64,000 nt of DNA. It comes from Octopus bimaculoides (Eukaryota). The position numbers and the translations under genes are program-made. This document shows, piece after piece, positions 26,925 through 40,400 of the stretch. The notes under the pieces were generated by a model that was not told the origin of the DNA, searched no databases, and was given only the letters and a program-made list of their open reading frames with translations. The stretch spans positions 32,445,920 through 32,509,919 of the forward strand of contig NC_068999.1 of assembly GCF_001194135.2 (NCBI RefSeq). The letters are read 5' to 3'. Each line of letters opens with the position of its first letter. Position 1 is the first letter of the stretch.

Positions 26925-27115
26925 AGGTGGTGAGCTGGCAGAATTGTTAGCATGCTTGGCAAAATACTTAGTGGCATTTTGTCTGTCTTTGTGTTCTGAG
27001 TTCAAATTCGAGGTCAACTATGCTTTCAGGGTCAAGAAAATGAGTACCTGTTGAACACTGGGGTCAATGTAATCAACTAGCTCTGCTGGCCTTGTGACAA
27101 AATCTGAAACTATTG
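26925..27115 (+). mobile_element. SINE family S2, preceded by the 3' end of another copy at ~26848-26920
   Basis: aaggtggtgagctggcagaattgttagcatgcttggcaaaatacttag...gttctgagttcaaatt...ctggggtcaatgtaatcaac. Confidence 0.85.
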
Positions 27116-27222
27116 TTGTTGTTGTTGTAATTTATGTGTGTGATAATATTGAATTTTCAATCTCTTTCCCAATATTTAACCAGACTTTAGAGTTTTTTTT
27201 TTTAAATAACAGTTCTATTTAT

Positions 27223-27265
<43 letters not shown>

Positions 27266-27270
27266 CCACT

Positions 27271-27550
27271 AGGTGCATGGTCTAGTGGTTAGGGTGTTGC
27301 ACCCATGATCTAGTGATTGTGATTTCGATTCCTGGCTTTGGTGGTGCATAATGTTCTTGGGCAAAACACTTCATTTCACGTTGCTCTGTGATCACTTTGA
27401 CACTTAATGTGTGGCAGACAGTGCACCTGTTCAGACAGCAAACAGAGAGAGTGAGCTAATATGTGGCACAAACATTTGATCACAATAAACAACCCATTTG
27501 TGCAGGTTGTTTGGCAAAAGTTGAACAATCATATGTTGTCTTCAACAGAA
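27271..27550 (+). mobile_element. tRNA-derived SINE family S4
   Basis: Head ggtgcatggtctagtggttagggtgttgcac...tttcgattcctggc (A/B-box-like), then gttcttgggcaaaacacttcatttcacgttgctc as in S3. Confidence 0.7.
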
Positions 27551-27592
27551 GAGTCCATCATATATTAAAAAAAGTAAATACACACCCACAAA

Positions 27593-27625
<33 letters not shown>

Positions 27626-28195
27626 GTGTGTATGTGTAAATATGTATATATATATATATATATACGTATGTCTGCTGATAGCTTTTTCCATGATATAAGG
27701 GTAAAGTACCTAAATTTCTGCTGTTTTCACGGCTGTACTGCATTCGAAATATCACTTTCTTGTCTCTATTTGATACGATACACATTCGACGCTTCCAAAA
27801 AACAAAAAAAAGTTTTACATATGTTGTTGCATACACACACACACACACACACACACGTAGGTGCACATGCTGTCATGCATACATATACGCAGATGCATGT
27901 ATAGACAAAACCTGTGTCCTAAACATACATTATTCAGATATTTGCACAGCGAAACCTGTTACATGCATACACACACACACACATGCACATGCACAGTCAC
28001 TCATGTATAAAAATATGTTACCCATTCTCTCCTATTGATAATTCCAATCATCCAAATCTTTTGTCTTTGTTTCTTTATTTCTACATTTGCACAAATTCCT
28101 TATGTTCAATTTTTTAACTGTTCTCTAGTGGTTTTTGCTCTCCCTCTTTCTGCTTCTCTTCTCTCACTACTCCCCTCTCCTAATTCCTCTATTCG

Positions 28196-28250
28196 TCTCC
28201 CCTCCTATACCTCCCCTTCTCCCTCCTATACCTCCCCTTCTCCCTCCTAT
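28196..28250. repeat. 21-bp tandem repeat (ctccctcctatacctcccctt, ~2.5 units) in a pyrimidine-rich tract
   Basis: Directly visible. Confidence 0.8.
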
Positions 28251-29496
28251 CTCTCTACCACTATCACTCCTTATTTCCTCATTTCCTGCCTTATATCTCC
28301 CCCCTTTTCCCCCCTGCTTTCCATCATTGTATCTCTTTCACTCTCTCTTTGTCTCATATTCTACCACAATTCTGGCATCTTCCCAACACTAACATTGAAA
28401 TACTAAATTCTGCACTACTTTCTCTCTCCCTCTCTCTCCCCTTCCTCTTCCTTCTTGCTTAATTGTTCTGTCATGGAATCTATGTACATCTATACACTTA
28501 CTTTGCAATTATTCAATGCGAAAATGCACCAATTCTTACCATTGTCTTGTTTACTGCAGAAAGATTCTGTTGAAATCAATACTGATTTTTGTGTAATTTA
28601 TACATTCGTTGACCTAGGCTAACAGTACACACCCTACACCTATCACATTCTTTAATTACTGACCATTCTACTAGGGACCACTACCAAATTAGCAGTATGT
28701 GCGTTCAAATTTATTGCAAGTATGGACTTGATTCATTCAGTTGGCCAGCCTTACATATTTCAGATCTTTCTTTTCTTTTAAATCACCCATGAAAGACTGT
28801 TGTTCTTTCTATCATTACAAAGTTTAGGAGGGCATCACTTTAATGAAATGTCATCTTTCAACAGGAAAAAAGAAAAATAACCCAGTTTCTTCACCCAGCC
28901 TCTGTATTATTGACTCTAGAATTCTTTCATAAACACAATAACATGATAAACATCATTCACGCTAACAAACACAACTTAGGTAATGTCACCATTAACTGAA
29001 ATTTTTTTTTTGAAGATAATTAAAAGCCAACCAGCCCACACTTCATAAAATGTCTTCCAACAAAACACCGGAAATTAAAGTGTAGGTGGTTATGTTATAA
29101 AAATATTCCTCTGTTCATCATGATTATCTTCATTACTGAATTTAATTGATCTAACCTTTTCAGAAAATGAAGGGAAAAATACCTTAAAATTGCACTAATT
29201 ATAATTTGGTTTTGTTTTAATTTTTTTTTCAAATAAAAACTAAATATTTTCTATATAATGTATAAATCTGAGGCAAACTGATGCTAACATTTATATTTCG
29301 ACCTTCCAAAATTCTTGTTCCTTCAAACCAGAATGTAATGTTTTGAGAAATTTTAGTCATGGCATTTGTTTTTTTACTATTTCTCATTTTTGATTTGAAA
29401 TTTAGAATTTTCATGGCAACATTCTGTCATTAGTTTTGTGAAATTGTTTATTGAATTTTAAATTAAATATTACTTTGGTTTTTGCAATTCCATGCC

Positions 29497-29720
29497 AACC
29501 CTTTAGCATTCAGATTACTCTGTCAAAAGTAATGCTTATTTATTCTCATTATTTTGAATTAAGCATGCATTATTTTGTAACTTTGAGCGTTTGATGAGGT
29601 AACTTAATTTTTAGAATGATAATGTAGGGTTGGTGTAATAGGCCAGATCTGACCAGTTTGAGCATAAAATAGGTAGAATATTTTGGCTGGATATGACTAG
29701 TTTAAATGCTAATGGGTTAA
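29497..29720 (+). mobile_element. TTAA MITE family A
   Basis: ccctttagcattcagattactc...tttaaatgctaatggg-ttaa. Confidence 0.85.
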
Positions 29721-30214
29721 TGTTTGCTTTTTGGTATTTTTGATCAGCATTAAACAAAAACTATTTGTCATGCTAATACAGGTTCATGCAGTTCTATAAT
29801 TTTTGACAGTTACATATTACCAGTTGGCATGAAATTTAAAGGATGACTTAATTGGAGAAGGGGAAAGAGCAGTGACCATATACATACTAGGCCTTACAAA
29901 ACTAGAGTTTTGGGACGACTAAGGTTAGTTAGGCTTAGGTGTGAAAAAACAAAAACAAAATAAGTTTGGGATACATTAGGTAAGACCTGAAAGTTTTAGA
30001 ATTTTGAGAAGAGCTAAGATCTAAACTGACTCAGTTATTCAAAAAGTGAATGTGAAGACTATTCATAAGGTAGAAGGAAATTAACTGCAGGACATGCAAG
30101 CTTTTCCCATGCATATATGAAAATATCTACAACAGGGAATCAAAACCAAGTCAAGCTCATAGAAGTTACACTTTGATGTCCATGCTGCTGCTACTACTAA
30201 AGCCAGCAGTTTTA

Positions 30215-30775
30215 GGTGGAAGGGCACCAGTACTTAACTAGTACTTCATTTTATTAACCCCAAAAGGATGAAAATCAAAGTTGACCTTGGTGGGATTCAA
30301 ACTCAAGACATAAACAACTGGAAGAAATGCTGCTAAGCATTTAGTCCAACATACTAATAGTTTCAAATTTTGGTACAAGGCCAGTAAGTTTTTTAAGGGG
30401 ATGGGTCTACTAAATTATTTGACTGGTACTTTATTTTATCAACCCTGAAAAGACAAAGTTGACCTTAGCAGGATTTGAACTCAGAATGTAAAGAGTTGCA
30501 AAATAGTTTCTGCTATTCTTACAATTCTGCTAGTTCATAGCAATAATAATAATAATGGTTTCAGATTTTGGCACAAGGCCAGTAGTTTTTGAGGAAATGG
30601 CAAAACCTATTACATTTACCTTAGTACTTGACTGGTAATTATTTTATCAGCCCCAAAATGATGAAAGCAAAGTTGACCTCAGTGGAATTTGAACTGGGAT
30701 CATAAAGATGAACAAAATGCTAAGCATTTTATTTTGTGTGCTGACAATTCTGCCAGTTTTCAGCCTTAAGAATAA
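30215..30775 (-). mobile_element. Three head-to-tail SINE S2 copies
   Basis: The ggcc/gccag...gtactt...aaagttgacct...ttgaactc...atgctaagcatt unit occurs at ~30215, ~30356 and ~30552, separated by (AAT)n. Confidence 0.8.
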
Positions 30776-30959
30776 TAATAACAATAATAATAATAATAAT
30801 AATAATAATAGCACAAGCTCAGAAATAGGTGGAACTAACAGTCTGAACTCTTATACTGCATTCAGCAAAGTTGTGGATGAAATATGTTTGGCAAAAGAGC
30901 TAAAACAAACTATCTGGCACCAATTAAATCATATGGCAGATACTTAGTATGATATAGTG

Positions 30960-31296
30960 AAGGTGCATGGCTCAGTGGTTAGAGCATCGGGCTTACAATC
31001 ATGAGGTTGTAAGTTCAGTTCCTGGACTGGGCTGTATGCTGTGTTCTTGAGCAAGACACTTTATTTCACGTTGCTCCAGTTCATTCAGCTGTAGAAATGA
31101 GTTGCGATGTCACTTGTGTCAAGCTGTATTAGCCTTTGCCTTTCCCTTGGATAACCTTGGTAGTACGGAGAAGGGAGACTGGTATGCATGTTTGACTGCT
31201 GGTCTTCTACAAACAGCCTTGCCTAGGCATGTGTCTCAGAGAGGAACTTTCTTGGTGCAATTTCATGGTCATTCATGACCAAAAAGATTCTTTACC
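30960..31296 (+). mobile_element. tRNA-derived SINE family S3, full length
   Basis: ggtgcatggctcagtggttagagcatcgggcttacaatcatgaggttgtaagttcagttcctgg (tRNA-like head), central tcttgagcaagacactttatttcacgttgctccagttcattcagctg, tail catggtcattcatgacc...tctttacc. Confidence 0.85.
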
Positions 31297-31924
31297 TTAG
31301 TATGATATAGGATTATTTTATTCAGTGAAGATATGTCTTTACATAGCACCTGTATCTCCCTCTCTATATTTCGGTATTTACCGAAATATAAAGAGATCAA
31401 TTATTATAAGCGCTATTTGTAGACAGAAAGAGCAGAAGACCTATAGACAGGATTAAAAGAGTGTATCTATTTCTTGCTGAGCAATGACATCATTAATTAT
31501 ATGAGTCATCATGGTGTATGATGAGGTTAATATTGAAATGTCACTCATTCAAGTTGTTCACATGCGGCATTCTGCAGCGATGGTGCATATAAATGATTAA
31601 GTGGAGTTTGAGAGTTTGGAAATAAGAAAATTGGCAACTGCTGCTTTCATTTTGGCACATTTTTGGTTTCTTTTGCTTTGAGCAAACACATTCACTTAAA
31701 AATTCTGGTGAGATTTTTGCTTTATATCTTCTTCATTTTTTGGTGAGGTTTTGTGTACTGAAAGGTTAGTTTGTATGTTTTACGAAGTGCAGAGTTGGGC
31801 TGGTTGTGAGGTTGCACAAGGGATACTTGCTATTAAAAATAGCTTTTACATTGTGGCCTGAAACAGTCATTAATGTATAAACAAGGGAGCCTCTGCAAAT
31901 TGATTAACCTGCTAAAAATACCTG

Positions 31925-32137
31925 TTAACCCTTTAGCATTCAGATTATTCTGTCTAATGTGATGCTTATTTATTCAAATTGTTTTGAATTTATCATACAC
32001 TATCTTGTAGCTTTGAGATTTCAATGATGTGATTGTATATTTTTAGAATAACATTATAGGATTTGATCTGATCAGTTTGAACATAAAACAGGTAGAATAT
32101 TTGGACCTGATATGGCTAGTTTGAATACTAAAGGATA
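31925..32137 (+). mobile_element. TTAA MITE family A
   Basis: ttaa-ccctttagcattcagattattc...gaatactaaagga. Confidence 0.85.
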
Positions 32138-32227
32138 AAATTTCACTCCCAATCTTACCCTGCTGCCTTACATTGGGTAATGTAATCCTAGGTATATAAT
32201 GTCTGAATAAAAGATATTCTTTTACAC

Positions 32228-32410
32228 ATTTCAGTCATTTGTTTTAGTTGAACAAATCAACCTCAGGACTTATTCTTTGTAAGACTAGTGCTTATTCTAT
32301 TAGTCTCTTTTGCCAAACCGCTAAGTTATACGGACATAAACACATCACCATTGATTGTCAAGCAAAGGTGGAGGGACAAACAATGACTCACATGCAATAT
32401 ACACACACAC

Positions 32411-32452
<42 letters not shown>

Positions 32453-32600
32453 GGGCTTCTTTCAGTTTCCATCAACCAAACCCACTCCCAAGGCTTTGGT
32501 CAGCCTAAAGTTATAGTAGAAGGCACTTGCCCAAGGTGCCATGCAATGGGACTGAACCCAGAACCATGTGGTTGGGAAGCAAGCTTCTTATCACCCAGCA
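32228..32600 (-). mobile_element. SINE family S1 with expanded internal (TA)n
   Basis: Family head and tail on the reverse strand. Confidence 0.9.
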
Positions 32601-33269
32601 TCACAATTAGGACTTTAATTATAGGTCTGTTGTATCACATTTGACGTAGAGTTTAATAACATTTATACTGAGTTCATTTTGATGTAGTGTAGATTGAACT
32701 GGTTAAACAGTGCAACTGTATAAGGGCTTCTGTCATGACCTATGACTACTGGAGGATATCACTTAGTTCTACTAGCTTCTAACATGATCCACTGGAAACC
32801 ATGATTTAGTTCTGCTAGCTTCCATCATGATCCAATATCACAAAATGTAACTTAGTATTGCTAATGTCTGTTAATTTTACACAGCTTATACTTCTTACAA
32901 CTGTTAGCTATACGATTCCATGATGCCTGTTCACAGCTAGGATGAACTGAGCCTGCAAAACTCATTTGTTTGGATCATTTCATTGTCAGCCTGACACCTC
33001 ATTGTCACTACAGTAAATTATGGTTCTTCTGTAAATTATTAGACTAATACAATCATTAGAACATCAGAACAAATTCCTTGCTGCATTTGTTCTGGTTACT
33101 TGCATTCTGAGCTCAAATCCTGCTGTGATCAGCTTTGCCTGGCATCATTTTAGGGCTGATAAGATAAAGCACTAGTCGATGGTATCAATAAATCTCCTCC
33201 CACCAAATTCCAGATCTTGTGCCTATAGCAGAAAGGATTATTATTGTTATTATTGTTGTTGTTGTTGTT

Positions 33270-33490
33270 AAGGCAGTGAGCTGGCAGAATCATTAGCATG
33301 CCAGACAAAATGCCTAGCAACATTTCATCTGTCTTTATGTGCTGAGTTCAAATGCTACTGAAGTTGACTTTGCCTTTCATCCTTTCAGGGTCAATAAAAT
33401 AAGTACCAGTTGAGCACTGGGGTTCGATGTAATCAACTCCCCCTCCCCTCAAAATTGCTGGTGTGCTAAAATTTAAAACCATTATTATTA
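33270..33490 (+). mobile_element. SINE family S2, full length
   Basis: taaggcagtgagctggcagaatcattagcatgcc...gactttgcctttcatcctttcagggtcaataaaataagtaccag...aaaccattattatt. Confidence 0.9.
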
Positions 33491-33558
33491 TTTTCATGTG
33501 TATAATAATACATACAGTCTTATTTAAACGTACACACATGGTGATAGGAAGTGATTAA

Positions 33559-34170
33559 NNNNNNNNNNNNNNNNNNNNNNNNNNNNNNNNNNNNNNNNNN
33601 NNNNNNNNNNNNNNNNNNNNNNNNNNNNNNNNNNNNNNNNNNNNNNNNNNNNNNNNNNNNNNNNNNNNNNNNNNNNNNNNNNNNNNNNNNNNNNNNNNNN
33701 NNNNNNNNNNNNNNNNNNNNNNNNNNNNNNNNNNNNNNNNNNNNNNNNNNNNNNNNNNNNNNNNNNNNNNNNNNNNNNNNNNNNNNNNNNNNNNNNNNNN
33801 NNNNNNNNNNNNNNNNNNNNNNNNNNNNNNNNNNNNNNNNNNNNNNNNNNNNNNNNNNNNNNNNNNNNNNNNNNNNNNNNNNNNNNNNNNNNNNNNNNNN
33901 NNNNNNNNNNNNNNNNNNNNNNNNNNNNNNNNNNNNNNNNNNNNNNNNNNNNNNNNNNNNNNNNNNNNNNNNNNNNNNNNNNNNNNNNNNNNNNNNNNNN
34001 NNNNNNNNNNNNNNNNNNNNNNNNNNNNNNNNNNNNNNNNNNNNNNNNNNNNNNNNNNNNNNNNNNNNNNNNNNNNNNNNNNNNNNNNNNNNNNNNNNNN
34101 NNNNNNNNNNNNNNNNNNNNNNNNNNNNNNNNNNNNNNNNNNNNNNNNNNNNNNNNNNNNNNNNNNNNNC
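33559..34170. other. Assembly gap; other gaps at 22978-22998, 25261-25360, 43316-43325, 44831-45214, 60132-60332
   Basis: Runs of N. Confidence 1.
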
Positions 34171-36964
34171 CCGCCTCCTCCTCTTCCTCCTCCTCCCGCC
34201 TCCTCCTCCTCCTCATCATCATCATTAAAGTGAAAAGAAGGCAATGTCTATACATACTTAAAACATAATAAAAGGCTTATTCTTTATCTCAGGCTATTGC
34301 TGTTAAATGGGATTGAACTTATGGACCTTTTGGGGTCAGTGAATGTATTTTTATCAGTTGAACCATCAAAATGTTTGTTTCTATAACCTGAGAGATTAGG
34401 GAGATTATCGTTATTACTACAGATGCTGGTTATTCAGTCTGCCATCGTAGTTATTGTTGTCAAAACTTTTCTGGGAGTGGTCTGCGTAAAATATAAAATA
34501 ACAGATGACACAGAAAATTAGTAATAATATAATGAAATTAAACACACATACACGCGTGCGCACACACACGCACAATCATTATTTAATGCCTAGTTTGACA
34601 GAAGTTGGGGAGTTGCCCAGGTTCCATTTGTTTCTTATGGCATGGTTCCTAAAGCCAACTACTTCACAGAATGTACTGGGTTCTTTTTATGTGGCACCAG
34701 CACATAGGCTTTTACATGGAACTGGGCCTCCTCAAAGGGATTTGATATTTGTCCATTTTCCTACTTATTAGGACTTTGGTCTTTCATAAATTAATTCTAA
34801 GGCCCATAGATTTCAGACTTTGCTTCCACACCTGAAATTTCCTCTCTAGTTCAGGTAAATATTTTTGCTATAGCAACATGGCAACAGTGTACAGGAGCTC
34901 CCAGGGGCAGCCAGTCTGAAAATTCCTCTGTTATAGCCTAGAAAACTATGATAAACGGTAGAAAAATTCATAAGAAATTATTAAATTCAATTTTAATTAT
35001 TCTGTGAAAGTAAATGAAAATATTTCAGGAAGATTTAATGGAAAAAATAAATGAAAGAGGAGAATATTTAGAAAATTACTAATGAAATGTAATTAAAAGC
35101 TTTGTTGCTCTATTTAACATGCCAGAGGTTATGGAATTTAATTATGGTTGGAATAAATATTAAAAAGAATCTTTTATGGGAAAGTTATTCAGAAATAAAA
35201 TATGATTACTCACCTAAATACTTACTTCATTTGTCATGATTGTGAAAATGGTAAACTGAATCTTTTCTTATCGAATTATATGTGTGTCTTTTTTATTGTA
35301 TTGGAGCCTCTGTGTGTGTGTGTGTGTATTGCTGCATCTCTTATGTGAGATACAGCCTCTTGAGATTTAGTTTTCTTCGTTTCTTCCCATGACTTCCTCA
35401 GGTTTCACCTTCTGCTGATTCCTTCTGTATGGATTACTTAACATTTGTTTACCCAACTGTCATTCTCTATGCACATCATATATTCATACTGTCTTCTCTC
35501 CAGCACAAATTGTCTCTGATTCCTCTACCACCCAGTTTTTTGTTCAGCTTATTTGTGCTCCCTCATTCATGAACGCTAATATTATTACACCAGCAAAGTA
35601 TGCACATCTCATTTCTTTACAGACTTAGCACATCCTCCACCTTCTGTTTCCATGTTTTGCTATCATGCAACATTGCACTTTGTACACAAATATCATACAA
35701 TCTGCCCTTCTCTCAGAGAGAGATAGAGAGAGCTCTCTTGTTGATAGCAGAGATAATTCCCTAGACTTTTCCCACCTTGTTCTCACTCTGACTACTATAA
35801 TACTTTTGAAACAACCACCTCTGTGGCTAATTAGGTCACTTGGGCAGCAGATGCTTTGAGCTGTTTCTGGAGAGTCTTTCAAGCATTTATTTTGCATTAA
35901 AAGAAATGGTACCAGTGGGACAAAAAACTTCCTTTGGAACCATGTTAATACATCAGACACTTGGTTATGGACACACACACATAGAGGATGATACGGTGAC
36001 ACATGTGTAACATGGCCTTGTAGACACATGTGGAAATGAACATGGTGCATAACACATGAGTATAGTAACATGTAGATAATGAACATGATGACATATGTGG
36101 GACAGGCATTTTTACATATGTGGAGTATAGGCATGGTGACACATTTTGCAAGATAATTCAGCACTGTAGCTTATGTCAAATCCACATGGTTTGTGTATGA
36201 ATGTTGTTGTTATTTCTGATATTGAGGTCAGATCTTGTATTTAATCACTTCCTATCACCATGTGTGTACGTTTAAATAAGACTGTATGTATTATTATACA
36301 CATGAAAACTCTGAAACATGAATTGAAGGATCACTCAAAACATTTGAGTATCTCGCATGTTGAAGTAAGGGCCCCACTAGCTCCACTACACTGATCAGGT
36401 GAATACCAAACACATAAATAAAACCTCTGGCAGTTAGGATACATCTTACACAATCACAGGATGGCATTGTATTATCGTATGATGCCCTTGTTAGGTAGGG
36501 GTTGCTAATGGTTGTGCTGTAACTGTGTATCCCTCAACAGTGTCCAGCTGTATTTTGTTGAATACTTCAATATCCTAACTTTAATTAGACTAAAATGGAC
36601 TCAAGTGTAGTGTTTGCTTTATCTATTCTTTATTCTCAAATAGTTGGTCATTTTCCTCTGTCTCACAGCAGAGTTGGCTTAGACATGCATATAGATAAGA
36701 GTTTAAATGGACAACATATTGAATCACTAGCTTGTTGCTTGTGAGTTCAAACTCATTTCAAGTAGCTTTCTTGTTAGTAAATTAGGGTGTAGGGGTCATT
36801 ATCTGAAGGTTATGTGTTCACTTCTGGGATTAAGCAGTGTATTGTGTCCTTGACCAAGGTGCTTCATATCATGTTGCACCAATCTGCTCAGCTAAAAAAT
36901 GAGTACCAGTGAAGTACTAGAGTAGCTTTCACTCCCTCTATTACATCCTATATGTTCTATAGGG

Positions 36965-37170
36965 TTAACTTTTTTGTTGCCATATTTCTGTTGAAATACA
37001 ATGCCTTTGTTTCAATTAATTTTGAAGTCAATGAAGAATTTATTGAAATCATTGTGTTCTTATTAAGCTTGTGTTTGGAATATAAATTAATATGATAAGA
37101 TGGGAGATTTTAATTTAGATCATTTAAAAAATTTGTATAAGAGAACCAGGGTTAGTTTCAAAAGGGGTGG
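36965..37170 (+). mobile_element. TTAA MITE family B (degraded)
   Basis: ttaacttttttgttgccatatttctgttgaaatac...ttcaaaagggg. Confidence 0.75.
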
Positions 37171-37445
37171 ATGAGCTGAGCAACTCTCAATGTTTGTAAC
37201 TACATAGATACGTAAAACAGTTAGTGAAAGTATATGCTGCTTGCTGTATTCGCTGGCAAGTGGTAGCTCTGGTTTTGATTTTATTAAGTCCACTTTGATG
37301 CCAAGAGTTGATAAAAAATGATATGGAAATATTTGTAATAAACTAGACTTGCCTCTGCTAGTCTGAGATAATCCATGACAATAAACAGAATATTTAAACA
37401 GTATGTTACACTCCAGGTGAATATAGCTGTGACCTACTAACTCAC

Positions 37446-37474
37446 CTGGAATTTTACCATTATTCTGACTCTTT
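37446..37474 (-). CDS. Candidate 29-nt exon: RVRIMVKFQ (phase 2 to 0)
   Basis: Acceptor ttatgtttatatttctag and perfect donor CAG/gtgagt; phase-compatible with 41828-41879 upstream and 16672-16726 downstream. Confidence 0.5.
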
Positions 37475-40400
37475 CTAGAAATATAAACATAAGCCATCTA
37501 CTATTGATTATTATTTGTAATATTTATTGTAAAAGTTTTATAGCAGCACATGAACAGGTGTTTATGCCATTCTATTGAAGTGTGTGCGTATGTGCACGTT
37601 TGTTAAATTTCATTGTCTGTGTGAAATTCTAAGATGAGCTGTACTTACAAATACACACTCACACACACGCACACACACGTGCACACACACACACACACAC
37701 ACATCATGAATACACAATCCTTAAAAGTAGAGCATTCTGTCTGATATATCAAGATTCAGCTCTCTACACGCTAACTTCACATATCTTATTCGACAAATCT
37801 TATAAACAAAAGAGGTTTATGTTTGTGTGCCATGTAGAATAAAGAGTGTTCTCTATCACCACCCTACCTATACAAATGACTGACCCTGTGTTTAGAATAT
37901 CTTTCGCTTTTATATCTATCAGATAAGTTCACAGATTTATTCACGGACTTAGCTCTGCTATTCATCCTGTTGGCTAGTGTCTTATTTATTTTGTATGTCA
38001 GATATTATTGATTAAGATAAATTATAGTTTGACATAAATCCTATTGATTGTTATCTAATGTTTATTGTAAAGGTTTTACTGCAGCTCATGGTCAGGTGTT
38101 CCCTACTATTCTATTGAGGTGTGTGTGTGTATATGTATATATATATGTATGTATGTATGTAACTTATTGTGTTTCATTGAAATCATGTCTGTAGTTTTGA
38201 GTTACTTTCCCCACCATGAACACATATACAAAATACAATACATCCTACCCAAATGTATACACACACACACAACATAATAAGCATATAAAACACAACAAAT
38301 GCAACCTGTTCATGTTGCACCTTAATTACTACGGACATCACTAAAGCTTTTCCTCCACTTCATCCCTCACTACCCACTCATAAACAAAATATCAGACAGC
38401 TCCTTGAGAAGTGTTTAACTCTTAATTTTCAGGTTGTTGAGCCTCTCTAGTGTGTGTGTGCAATAACAATACTGCTAAAAGTTTACTTTTTTTCAAAACT
38501 AACTGCCACAAGGATGTATCCTTCATACCCTATTTACACCTTATATCTACACCTTCTTTTTATTATCTCCACAAATTATGCACAGATTTTTATCAAAGAC
38601 AGCTGCCTAATTACTTCAACCTTACATCAACTACTTTAAAATCTGGTTCCAAAATATTGCATCTGCTAAATTCAGTTTCTTCTATCTTACCAATAATATA
38701 TGTGACAAATAAATATAACCAACCATTAGAAACCCAACATTGTAGACACACCTGAATCAGTAGGAGAATCTTTGTGTGGTCACTTGCTCATGATTGCAGC
38801 CAAATCGATTTTAAATCACACTTAAGCTACCTTTAGAAAAAAGGGCACATTGGATAATGTGGTCTTGGATGGTCATAACTGGAATGTCTTAGATTATAGG
38901 ACTGCTGGATGAAGACTGCTTTAGGGTTTCAACAACAATAAGCATGCTCCAGGTGGCATAAAGCACAACATTCTCAATGTGCACACACACAAACGCTCAC
39001 ACATTAACTGTTACTTGCAATATCTCTACAACATTCACAGCACACATAGAAGATTTATATATACCAGGTGCTGCATATATGTCTGCAATTTCTTCAGTTT
39101 ATATAAAAGTAAAGAAAGCCAAATAAAACTGAAACCTATTTAGATTATGCAAAAGTCCAACATTTAAATAGTAGAAAGAAATGTTAGTCTACAAACAATA
39201 TATTAGACACATCATAGATTATGTCATTCCTACCCAATTCTGCCTCTCCAAATATACTTTTGTGTAAACTGTAGAGAACACAGAATAACAAACTTATGTT
39301 CCTCTGCAATGTGCAATAGGACAAGCGCAGACCTCATGACCAGCTTAACCAACAAAAACCAATCTTACAACATAACATTTTCCACCACTGTTCACAGTAA
39401 AAAGGTCTTACTTTCTGTTGCTCCCTACAACTCTCATCGATATTTTTATCACGATAACGAAGACAATTCTGTGATGGTAATGGCACTAAAAAAGAAAACG
39501 GTATATAATTGATAGTTTGAAATTTTTTAAAAAGGAAAAGTACTTGTACATTTCTTAATTACAGAAACCATAATCAAGAGTGGTGCACATGACATGTGCC
39601 ACCTGTGATCATGTGATGTGTGTTATTTTGTACATTTGTTGTTTGTGTCTATGGTTGCACTATAGGACACACCCACAACTACATAAAGTCAAGATGCAAA
39701 CATAATCACTCAAGTTATCACATACATGCACATAATAGATACCAATGCACATCCGATACACACTTACACTACACACACATAACAGACCTGATTATAAACT
39801 CGTGCCCACCCAAAACTTACATATGAAATAATTTCATTATATTATTGCTGTGCAGCCAGATTAATAAATACTTGTTAGATAACTGTCTCAGAGATAATGT
39901 ACCCAGTATATATGTATATGTTGGTGTGTTTGTGTATACACACACACAAATTCACTCACTCTCTCTACATTTACATGTACAAACAGAAGATCATTCAATG
40001 TAGACTTTATATTTAATGGAAGCTATTATTTTCATGCTGGTATACACACACACAATGAATGTGTATGTGATCCTTCAGATAATCTTTTTGCTGTGAATGA
40101 TGGTGGAAAGTGTTACATCTGTCAGTGCACTTGTAAGATTGGTTTTCATTGGTGAAGCTGGTCATGTGGTCAGGTTTATTGCTGTTTGTGGAGTTACCGC
40201 TCTTGTGCTACTGTGCATTGTAGAACATAACTCGGAGCTGTCGTGTTGCAGAGAAATTACTCTGTGGTACTGGTTGGAAGCTGACTTTTGAGGGGGATGT
40301 TAAAGAGGGGATACTTGAAAATATTCACTATTTAGACTCGTATAACTCCTTCCAGTGCTGTTTGGAGACATTGTGGCTACTCAGTGTATGTCTTCTGAGG

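Noticed and set aside
30708-30947. 79-aa ORF with a signal-peptide-like start and poly-Asn
   Set aside because: Built from an antisense SINE head plus an (AAT)n microsatellite.
30960-31035. tRNA-like sequences at SINE heads (also 6233, 27271, 49115, 53583)
   Set aside because: They continue into SINE bodies and lack a proper cloverleaf 3' end; they are not tRNA genes.
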